DNA from: Candidatus Falkowbacteria bacterium
Lineage (GTDB): Bacteria > Patescibacteriota > Patescibacteriia > Patescibacteriales > UBA12465
DNA: 64,000 nucleotides
Assembly: GCA_026396875.1 (NCBI GenBank)
Contig: JAPLVY010000004.1
Location: forward strand, 83,163 to 147,162
Reading direction: 5' to 3'
Below the pieces are notes generated by a model that did no database searches, was not told where the DNA came from, and saw only the letters and a program-made list of their open reading frames with translations. Made by a program: the position numbers and the translations under genes. The first letter of the stretch is position 1, and each line of letters begins with the position of its first letter. Positions 56,751-64,000 of the stretch are shown here, one piece after another.

Positions 56751-58403
56751 ATGAATATTAGCAATCAAAATCTAGCTGATGTCCTATTAAAGGGCAACTA
56801 TATTGTGGCTGATGATTTAAAAAAATTCGTTTCCTTCTCAAAAAATCACAATATTTCTTTTCGAGATTATCTTATCGGAGAGGGCTTAGTTTCTGATGAC
56901 CTTATTGGCCAGGCAATTGCCGAATTTCTAAATGTACCCTACTTGGATCTCAAATCTTATCCGGTTAGCAGAGAGCAGGTAAACTTAATTCCGGAGGCAA
57001 CTGCCAGAAAATATCGTGTTGCTATTTTTTCAGCGGAAGATAAAAAACTAGTGCTCGCGACCGATAGTCCGGAGAACAAGGAGCTATTGCCGGAGATGAA
57101 GAAATTATTTCCGGGGACTAAAATCAGCTTGGGTTATGCCCTGGCATCTTCCATTGATGAGCTTTTTGTCTACTATCAAAAATCATTAGTCACCAGGTTT
57201 TCTAAAATTATTGAGAAGAAAGAGCGAATTGCTCCGGAGTTGCTGGAAGAAATATTTGAAGACGCGATTGCTTTCAAGGCCTCTGATATTCACTTTGAAC
57301 CTCAGCTAAAAAATGTCGTAATCAGATTTCGGGTTGATGGAGTTTTGCATGAGGCGGGAAGGATACCAAAAGAGTATTACGAGAATATTCTTAATCGTAT
57401 TAAAGTCAAATGCGGACTTCGTATTGATGAACATTTTTCTGCTCAAGACGGCTCTTTGCGCTACGAGAATAACGAAACAGTGGTTGATATGAGAGCCTCG
57501 ATAGTTCCCACCGTTGAAGGCGAAAAAGTTGTTTTGAGAGTTCTCGCTGCTTATGTTCAAGGACTTAATTTCGTCGACATCGGACTTTCTTCAAAATACC
57601 AAGAAATGCTTTCCGAGGCCTCAAAAAAGCCTTTTGGTATGATTTTAGTAGTTGGTCCCACGGGGTCAGGTAAGACCACCACCCTCTATGTATTGCTAAA
57701 GATTCTTAATAATTCCGATTCGAATATTACTACTATTGAAGATCCGGTAGAATATAAGATTCAGGGGATCAATCAGATTCAAGTCAATACGCAAACCAAT
57801 CTCACTTTTGCCAGCGGCCTCAGATCAATTGTGCGCCAAGATCCAGACACTATTTTAGTCGGAGAAGTCAGAGATAATGAAACGGCAGAAATCGCGATCA
57901 ATGCCGCCCTTACTGGCCATTTATTGCTTTCCACTTTTCATGCCAATGATGCCGCCACTGCTGTGCCACGCTTGGTTGATATGGGGGTGGAGCCGTTTCT
58001 TTTGGCTTCAACATTAGAAGTGATTATTGCACAGAGATTGGTAAGAAAAATTTGCGATAATTGTCGTTATAGTATTACTTTGAACAAAAGTTTTTTTGAT
58101 AATCCAAAATTTAAACCGGTCGCGGAATACTTTAAGGGCGTAAAAACTCTTTATGGTTGCAAAGGCTGCGAGTCTTGCGGACACACTGGATATAAGGGGC
58201 GGACAGCAATCTTTGAATTTATTTCCGTGACCCCGGAACTCCAGGAGTTAATTTCCAAGAAGCCGTCTTCCCAGGAAATTTGGAAAAGGGCACGACTTGA
58301 TGGTTCACAGTCACTTTTCGAAGATGGAGTTCTAAAAGTAAAAAATGGTGTCACTACCATTGAAGAGTTGCTTCGCGTGGCCGAGCCTCCAAAAAAAATA
58401 TAA
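56751..58403 (+). CDS. pilB: type IV pilus assembly ATPase PilB (GspE family)
   Basis: Walker A 'GPTGSGKTTT', 'ILVGEVRD', tetracysteine 'CDNC...CKGCESC'. Confidence 0.92.
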   Translation: MNISNQNLADVLLKGNYIVADDLKKFVSFSKNHNISFRDYLIGEGLVSDDLIGQAIAEFLNVPYLDLKSYPVSREQVNLIPEATARKYRVAIFSAEDKKLVLATDSPENKELLPEMKKLFPGTKISLGYALASSIDELFVYYQKSLVTRFSKIIEKKERIAPELLEEIFEDAIAFKASDIHFEPQLKNVVIRFRVDGVLHEAGRIPKEYYENILNRIKVKCGLRIDEHFSAQDGSLRYENNETVVDMRASIVPTVEGEKVVLRVLAAYVQGLNFVDIGLSSKYQEMLSEASKKPFGMILVVGPTGSGKTTTLYVLLKILNNSDSNITTIEDPVEYKIQGINQIQVNTQTNLTFASGLRSIVRQDPDTILVGEVRDNETAEIAINAALTGHLLLSTFHANDAATAVPRLVDMGVEPFLLASTLEVIIAQRLVRKICDNCRYSITLNKSFFDNPKFKPVAEYFKGVKTLYGCKGCESCGHTGYKGRTAIFEFISVTPELQELISKKPSSQEIWKRARLDGSQSLFEDGVLKVKNGVTTIEELLRVAEPPKKI

Positions 58404-58483
58404 AACCAAAATATGTCCAAGAGCTCAACGATTGAGACTAAGGCTAGAACAAAGATACTGATTATTTCATTGAGAACCTCAGT

Positions 58484-59491
58484 ATGCTGGTCTTTTCTGG
58501 TATGCCAGTGAGTGACTCCTTGAGCTCTATTGCCGAGGAAGTGCATTCGTCCAGAATGAAAAAAATAATTGGTGACATCAGGATCGATATTGAAAACGGC
58601 TCTCCAGTCTGGAAAGCCCTGGAGGCTAGTAATCTGCTCAAACCTCATTCAATATCCCTTATTCGTTTAGGAGAGAAGGCCGGGAAGCTCACGGAGAATT
58701 TGAGAGTGGTTGCCACCGAAGAGCAGAAAGACCGAAATTTTAAATCAAAATTACGGTCAGCCATGATGTATCCAATATTTGTCATGTCCATTACTGCAGT
58801 TGTAGGTATTGGAATCGCCTGGTTCATCCTGCCAAAACTAGCCGAGGTTTTCTTTCAATTAAACATCAAACTGCCGTTAATCACTAAAATCTTGATTGGC
58901 CTAGGGGCTTTTTTGGGAAAATATGGTCAGTACGCGATTCCGGGATTAATTATCTTCTTGTTCTTGGCTTATTACTCAATTTTTGTTTATCGCAAAACTA
59001 AAATTGTCGGTCAGTTCATTCTTTTTCATACGCCCGGGGTTAAGCAATTAATGAAGGAGGTGGAAGTGGCTCGTTTCGGTTATCTACTTGGCACTCTCTT
59101 GGAGGCCGGTGTCCCGATTATTGTTGCCCTCGATTCACTGGCTAATGCGACAGAGTTTTTATCTTATCGCAATTTTTATTTACATATTAGAAATTCGGTG
59201 AGTGAAGGAAATTCTCTTCAAAAGAGCTTTGCTTCTTTCGGGCGGGCAAAAAAATTAGTTCCCGTGCCAATCCTTCAATTAGTAGTTGCTGGCGAAAAAT
59301 CAGGCAATCTTTCCAATGTTCTTTTGAAGGTCGGGCTGATGTTTGAAGACAAGGCCGACGCTACTACTAAGAATTTGACTATCATTCTGGAGCCGATTCT
59401 TTTGGTAGTTGTTTGGCTGGGAGTGGTAGCAGTTGCCCTGGCAGTTATTCTCCCGATTTACGGTTTAGTTGGCGGTCTAAGCACTACCTAA
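58484..59491 (+). CDS. pilC: type IV pilus platform protein PilC (T2SS-F family); N-terminus apparently frameshifted
   Basis: Two T2SSF repeats ('LSMLVFSGMPVSDSL', 'LGTLLEAGVPIIVAL'). The conserved region continues upstream of the ATG to the stop at 58445. A 32-codon ORF in another frame begins at 58413, right after pilB. Confidence 0.85.
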   Translation: MLVFSGMPVSDSLSSIAEEVHSSRMKKIIGDIRIDIENGSPVWKALEASNLLKPHSISLIRLGEKAGKLTENLRVVATEEQKDRNFKSKLRSAMMYPIFVMSITAVVGIGIAWFILPKLAEVFFQLNIKLPLITKILIGLGAFLGKYGQYAIPGLIIFLFLAYYSIFVYRKTKIVGQFILFHTPGVKQLMKEVEVARFGYLLGTLLEAGVPIIVALDSLANATEFLSYRNFYLHIRNSVSEGNSLQKSFASFGRAKKLVPVPILQLVVAGEKSGNLSNVLLKVGLMFEDKADATTKNLTIILEPILLVVVWLGVVAVALAVILPIYGLVGGLSTT

Positions 59492-59497
59492 TTATTT

Positions 59498-59935
59498 ATG
59501 AAAAAAAGGTCAGGTTTCACGCTTATCGAGATGCTTCTATCGGTTGCCTGCTTGGCGATTATTTCTATTATTGCTATTCCGGTTTATCAATCATTTCAAG
59601 TAAAAAATGATTTGGGGATTGCCACTAATTCAGTGGTGCAAAGCTTGCGACGCGCGCAGATCTTATCTCAAGCTTCCGATGGCAATACTACTTCCGGCGT
59701 AAAAATACAGACAAGCAGTATCACCGTGTTTCGCGGTGCCAGCTATGTAGCAAGAGACACCACTATGGATGAAATTTTTGAAGTGCCGACCAGTATCACC
59801 GCCACCGGGACTAACGAGATAATTTTTAGCAAAATATTTGGCCTTCCTAATGCAACGGGAACAATTATTTTAACTTCTTACATTAATGATTCCAAGACCA
59901 TTACAATTAATGAAAAGGGAATGGTCGCATACTAA
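59498..59935 (+). CDS. minor (pseudo)pilin
   Basis: 'MKKRSG/FTLIEMLLSVACLAII' prepilin N-terminus. Confidence 0.75.
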   Translation: MKKRSGFTLIEMLLSVACLAIISIIAIPVYQSFQVKNDLGIATNSVVQSLRRAQILSQASDGNTTSGVKIQTSSITVFRGASYVARDTTMDEIFEVPTSITATGTNEIIFSKIFGLPNATGTIILTSYINDSKTITINEKGMVAY

Positions 59936-61658
59936 GACCGGTTTTTCTCTGATCGAGGTCGTCTTATCGACGGCCGTTTTTATTTTGATTGTCACGGCGA
60001 TTGCCGGCGCCTATCTTTACGGTGAACAAGCGACGATGTTGTCGGGTAGCCGGCAGAGGGCAGTAATGTTGGCTGAAGAAGGGGTAGAAGCGGTAAGGAA
60101 TATTCGCGATCCTTTATTTACTAATTTAGTCGACGGAACTTACGGTTTGATAATGTCTGGTAACCAATATAATCTTTCCGGCGCTAGCGATTCAGACGGG
60201 TTTTTTACTCGCTCCATCAATATTGCGACCGTGGATTCGAAACGTAAGGATATCACTTCAACCGTCACTTGGCAGCAGAATCCGCAACGCAGTGGTTCAA
60301 TTAGTATTACTAGTAGATTAACCAATTGGATCGCATCTGGCGCCACCGCTCTAAAGAGTATGGTTATCTATGGCGACGGAACGACTGTGCCAAAATTTAG
60401 GACTTATGACGGTACTGCCAATACTTTTAGCGCTGCCACTGCCACGGCGACTTCTTCTTCCGGCTCAACTTTTATTTTGCGTACGTCGCCTAATAATTAC
60501 GAAGCGCTTGCCGGTTTCGTAACAGCGGCTGGAGTTTTGAATGTTATGTGTTATGACGGCACTGCTTGGAGCCAGGAATGGTCAGTTACTGTTGGCGGCA
60601 CTGGTTCCAGTAGGAGATTCAATATCTCCTATGAAACAAATTCTGGTGATGCTATTGTCCTGTATGGTACTAATGCGGCGACAACCAATGAACTGGCTTA
60701 TCGAGTAAAGCCGGGTGGCTCGGGTTGCGGTGCTGCCAATTGGGGCGCTGCGATAAACCTTAATCCTGCTAGGACCTCTGGTGTGGTCCAGTGGGTAAAA
60801 ATGGCTTGGGATAGAAGATCGTCTTCCAACCTAGTCACTGCTATTTGGGCTGATTCCAACTCCGACTTGTCGGCAATGGTGTGGGATGGCACGACTTGGA
60901 GTAATGAGCCGAGTACGGTGACCGAAGCTTCCCTGGAGGTTGTGGCAGCTGCTCAGGATGTGGAAGATTTTGATGTCGAATATGAATCTATTTCCGGTGA
61001 TGTTATGGTGGCTTGGGCTAATTCGGCTGGATCAGGAACGGTTAACGGAGTGAGATATCGAACCTGCACCGGTGGTATCGCTGCTTGTACTTGGGGAGCG
61101 ACTACTACGCCGCCAACTTTCACTGATGATGCCACCAATTTAGACTTGGCCGCTAATCCCAATACCGATGAAATGGTGTTTGCTTCAATTGGTAATGCTG
61201 CCAGTACTTTATCTTTGGGTTATTGGAGTGGTAGCGCCTGGACTGACACGAACAATGTTGATACTAGCTGTTCCGCCCCATTAGCAGGAACGAGACTGGT
61301 TTCTGCCGGCTGGCTTGTTTCAGGAACAACCACTAGAAGCGTGATTACTTATCATGATAGTGGAGCCACCAATATTGGTTGGTATGTTGGCAATGCCGGC
61401 GTATTTACAGTACAGACTGATTTTGTGGTGTCTCCGGTTTTTGTTAGTCCGCAAAAATATTACCAAATAGAGATGAACCCATTAAGCAAGGATCAGCTAA
61501 TGTTCTGTCTTTCTGGCACAAACCTATATTGCAAAAGATTGGTCATGACTGCGGTGCCCGGCTTTACTTGGACTAACGCTGACGGTAGTGCGGCGCTGGC
61601 AACAACTATGCCACAAGCAATAAATAGCCCATTTTCGTTCGCTTTCGTGAGGAATTAA
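59910..61658 (+). CDS. very large pilin-like protein (~580 aa) with a Trp-repeat C-terminal domain
   Basis: 'MKREWSHTKTG/FSLIEVVLSTAVFILIV' prepilin N-terminus. Ser/Thr/Gly/Ala-rich body with recurring (Y/W)(D/S)G(T/S)xW motifs. Confidence 0.7.
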   Translation: MKREWSHTKTGFSLIEVVLSTAVFILIVTAIAGAYLYGEQATMLSGSRQRAVMLAEEGVEAVRNIRDPLFTNLVDGTYGLIMSGNQYNLSGASDSDGFFTRSINIATVDSKRKDITSTVTWQQNPQRSGSISITSRLTNWIASGATALKSMVIYGDGTTVPKFRTYDGTANTFSAATATATSSSGSTFILRTSPNNYEALAGFVTAAGVLNVMCYDGTAWSQEWSVTVGGTGSSRRFNISYETNSGDAIVLYGTNAATTNELAYRVKPGGSGCGAANWGAAINLNPARTSGVVQWVKMAWDRRSSSNLVTAIWADSNSDLSAMVWDGTTWSNEPSTVTEASLEVVAAAQDVEDFDVEYESISGDVMVAWANSAGSGTVNGVRYRTCTGGIAACTWGATTTPPTFTDDATNLDLAANPNTDEMVFASIGNAASTLSLGYWSGSAWTDTNNVDTSCSAPLAGTRLVSAGWLVSGTTTRSVITYHDSGATNIGWYVGNAGVFTVQTDFVVSPVFVSPQKYYQIEMNPLSKDQLMFCLSGTNLYCKRLVMTAVPGFTWTNADGSAALATTMPQAINSPFSFAFVRN

Positions 61659-61663
61659 AACAT

Positions 61664-62176
61664 ATGATTACTGGAAATCAGAAAAATGGCTTTACCTTAA
61701 TTGAATTAATGCTTTATGTAGCAATATCTTCGGTTATCTTGTTGTTGACTTCGCTTTTTCTTTCTATGCTTTTGGAGTCTAGGGTCAAAAATCAAACTAT
61801 CGCTGAGGTTGAGCAGCAGGGGGTACAGGTTATGCAGATTGTTACTCAAACAATCAGAAACGCCAATGCCATGGGGACACCTGCTAATGGCGCCACCAGC
61901 ACTTCTTTGTCGATAAACACTATTTTGGCTTCCACTACTCCAACATTATTTGATCTTTCTGGTGGCGTAGTAAGAATAAAAGAAGGAACTGGCGCCGTTA
62001 TTCCTCTTACCAATTCGGACGTGACCGTCACCGGACTGACTTTTTATAACCTTTCTCGCGCCAGTACTCCCGGCATAATAAAAATTTCTTTCACCATCTC
62101 TTCTCTTAACCCAGCAAATCGCAATGAATATTCTTTTAGTAAGTTTTTTACTGGCGCCGCTGCCGTGCGACAATAA
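61664..62176 (+). CDS. minor pilin
   Basis: 'NQKNG/FTLIELMLYVAISSVILLL'. Confidence 0.75.
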   Translation: MITGNQKNGFTLIELMLYVAISSVILLLTSLFLSMLLESRVKNQTIAEVEQQGVQVMQIVTQTIRNANAMGTPANGATSTSLSINTILASTTPTLFDLSGGVVRIKEGTGAVIPLTNSDVTVTGLTFYNLSRASTPGIIKISFTISSLNPANRNEYSFSKFFTGAAAVRQ

Positions 62177-62185
62177 ATTTGCAAT

Positions 62186-62590
62186 ATGAAGATTTTTTTA
62201 AGACAATCAAAGAATTCAAAGGGTTATATTACTCTGCTCAGTGTGTTGATTGTTGGTGCTGTTAGTATTGCAATCACGGTTTCTTTGATTCTTTTGGGTT
62301 TGAGCAGCTCACGTACGGGGCTCAGTTATCAGCAAATGTTCCAAGCCAAAAATTTGGCGCACTCTTGTGCTGAAGAAGGATTAGAGAAAATTCGCGAATC
62401 CTCAGCCTTTTCTGGTAGCGGCAGTATTAGTGCCAGTCAGGGGTCATGTACTTATTTGGTGACCAATTTGGGCGGGAATAGTCGCACTGTTGATGCGACG
62501 GGAACCGTCCTGACGGTAATCAGAAGAGCATCCGTCAGTGTTACGGCGATTAATCCCTTGATTGTTGTTTCTTCTTGGCAGGAGATGTAA
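62186..62590 (+). CDS. PilX-like minor pilin / pilus-associated protein
   Basis: 'NSKG/YITLLSVLIVGAVSIAITV' is a hydrophobic N-terminus without the canonical Glu5. Confidence 0.5.
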   Translation: MKIFLRQSKNSKGYITLLSVLIVGAVSIAITVSLILLGLSSSRTGLSYQQMFQAKNLAHSCAEEGLEKIRESSAFSGSGSISASQGSCTYLVTNLGGNSRTVDATGTVLTVIRRASVSVTAINPLIVVSSWQEM

Positions 62591-62640
62591 TCTTCTGCTA
62601 TAATATTATTAGTTAGTTTTTATTAATTTAAAAAATTTTT

Positions 62641-63072
62641 ATGAAAAAAATCAAAGGCTTTACCTTAATCGAAATTTTATTGGTTGTGGCCGCCATCGCT
62701 ATCTTGGCTGGTATTGTCATTTTGGCAATTAATCCAAACAAACAATTAGGAGAAACGAGAAATGCTCAGCGTCGAGCAGATGTGACCACAATCTTAAATG
62801 CGGTCTATCAATATTCTATCGATAACGGTACTTTACCAGCAGCAATTACTGCTTCCTCGACCGATGTCTGCAAGACTGGCGTTTCTTGCGGTAGCTTAAT
62901 CGATCTGTCCGTTTTGACCGCTAGTGAAAAATATTTAACCGCTCTACCTAGCGATCCAAAGAGTTCAACTGCTAGTAGTACTGGCTATCAAATATTAAAG
63001 ACTGCCAATAATCGGGTTACTGTTACTGCAAACAATGCTGAACAGAGCGCGACTATTAGCGTTACCAGATAA
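62641..63072 (+). CDS. type IV major-pilin candidate, paralog 1
   Basis: 'MKKIKG/FTLIEILLVVAAIAILAGIVILAINPNKQLGETRNA'. Own AT-rich upstream region; 143 aa. Confidence 0.8.
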   Translation: MKKIKGFTLIEILLVVAAIAILAGIVILAINPNKQLGETRNAQRRADVTTILNAVYQYSIDNGTLPAAITASSTDVCKTGVSCGSLIDLSVLTASEKYLTALPSDPKSSTASSTGYQILKTANNRVTVTANNAEQSATISVTR

Positions 63073-63077
63073 ATCAT

Positions 63078-63545
63078 ATGAAAAATTTTAAAAAAGAAAC
63101 CGGCGGCTTTACCTTAATCGAAATTTTATTGGTTGTGGCCGCCATCGCTATTTTGGCTGGTATTGTCATTCTGGCAATTAATCCAAACAAACAATTAGGA
63201 GAAACCAGAAACGCCTCCAGGCGTGCCGCTGTTAACACAATTCTAAACGCCGTTTATCAATATTCAATTGACAACAATGGCACCTTACCAACAATCCCAA
63301 CCGGAACTTGCAGTCTAGTTGCTGCGAATCAGGTTTGTAAGGCCACGGCGACTGGAACCTGTTCTACTGGTGTAGACCTTTCCGTCCTGACTACTTTGGA
63401 GAAATATTTAACCAGTATGCCGATCGATCCAACCGTTTCTTCAACCGATGGCAGTGGTTATTACATTGCTAAAAGCGCCAACGGTCGAGTTACTGTCTGT
63501 GCCCCTAGTGCCGAACAGAGCGCAACCATTAGTGTTACTAGATAG
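63078..63545 (+). CDS. type IV major-pilin candidate, paralog 2
   Basis: Same N-terminal ~35 aa and the same C-terminal 'AEQSATISVTR' as paralog 1, with a divergent middle. 155 aa. Confidence 0.8.
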   Translation: MKNFKKETGGFTLIEILLVVAAIAILAGIVILAINPNKQLGETRNASRRAAVNTILNAVYQYSIDNNGTLPTIPTGTCSLVAANQVCKATATGTCSTGVDLSVLTTLEKYLTSMPIDPTVSSTDGSGYYIAKSANGRVTVCAPSAEQSATISVTR

Positions 63546-63578
63546 TATCGTTTAATTGCTTAAATTTTCCAAAAATCG

Positions 63579-63610
63579 GAAGAGCCCTTATTGGGCTCTT
63601 TTGTTTTTTT
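63579..63610 (+). terminator. rho-independent terminator ending the pilus operon
   Basis: agagccc-ttatt-gggctct plus a T-rich run. Confidence 0.75.
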
Positions 63611-63713
63611 GGTACTTACTCTTCATGCTTTTGTTTGTTATAATAAAATATAGTTAAGTCTTCTTTTGTTTTTAAGTAAAAACTCTTATTAATTCCAAAA
63701 TATAGTAAATCAT

Positions 63714-64000
63714 ATGAGTATTAAAAAATTGGAGTGGGAGGAAAAATATAGCGTTGGCGTGAAAGAGCTTGATGACCAACACAAGTTCATGTTTGCCACG
63801 ATTAATGAATTATTGGAGTTGGTAAATAATAATACCGCCAAGGAATATCTCGGTGGAGTAATTGATGCTCTAATTAAATACAAAATATTTCACTTTCAGA
63901 CCGAGGAAAAATATTTCCAAGAGTTCAACTATAGTGGAGCACAAGATCATATTGCTAGGCATCAAGAATTTAACAACAAGTTGGCTTTGATTAGTGCCAG
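63714..64000 (+). CDS. hemerythrin-like metal-binding domain protein (partial, continues past window end)
   Basis: My own translation gives 'MSIKKLEWEEKYSVGVKELDDQHKFMFATINEL...FHFQTEEKYF...HIARHQEF', the bacteriohemerythrin pattern (W-x-x-x-Y/F-x-x-G, H-x-x-x-E, H-x-x-x-H). Not in the ORF track because there is no stop. Confidence 0.7.
   Translation, partial: MSIKKLEWEEKYSVGVKELDDQHKFMFATINELLELVNNNTAKEYLGGVIDALIKYKIFHFQTEEKYFQEFNYSGAQDHIARHQEFNNKLALISA

Overview
AT-rich, tightly packed bacterial chromosome segment with about 60 supported CDS and 2 tRNAs. I saw no rRNA, no CRISPR array and no recognisable integrase, transposase or phage genes. The standard genetic code applies (TGA is used as a stop). 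The style fits a reduced-genome, CPR/Patescibacteria-like organism, which is an inference: short proteins, fused or shortened housekeeping genes, type IV pilus genes without a secretin, and little Shine-Dalgarno signal on core genes. Gene order: partial two-component system and a PBP2-type transpeptidase; a CIRCE-controlled heat-shock operon (hrcA, grpE, hsp20, MazG-like, dnaK, alpha/beta hydrolase, dnaJ); tatD; a complete F1Fo ATP synthase operon (atpZ-like, atpBEFHAGDC); uppP; mltG plus a large unknown protein; miaB and miaA; gatB; a minus-strand thymidylate module (dCMP deaminase, long ThyX, P-loop kinase, Tmk-dUTPase fusion); three GT2 glycosyltransferases plus galU; two tandem paralogous unknown proteins; a PEGA/beta-propeller-like protein and murA; rplU; recR, ybaB, dnaB; tRNA-Thr and tRNA-Lys; mtaB; a Pif1-like helicase; acyltransferases; an orphan pilin; a 528-aa collagen-like protein; a type IV pilus locus (receiver, pilB, pilC, four minor pilins, two tandem major-pilin paralogs); and a partial hemerythrin-like gene. 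The most unusual signals are: (i) two architecture-matched compound hairpins with 22-23 bp perfect stems that bridge stop and start codons inside operons; (ii) two GC-rich structured intergenic elements, one sitting in a duplicated tRNA-Lys 3' end, with a similar core; (iii) tandem paralogs of an uncharacterised Trp-rich domain behind a consensus promoter and long leader; (iv) a collagen-like gene beside the pilus locus; (v) domain fusions (Nudix-like-GrpE, Tmk-Dut). None of these can be assigned to a known defence or mobile system from sequence alone.
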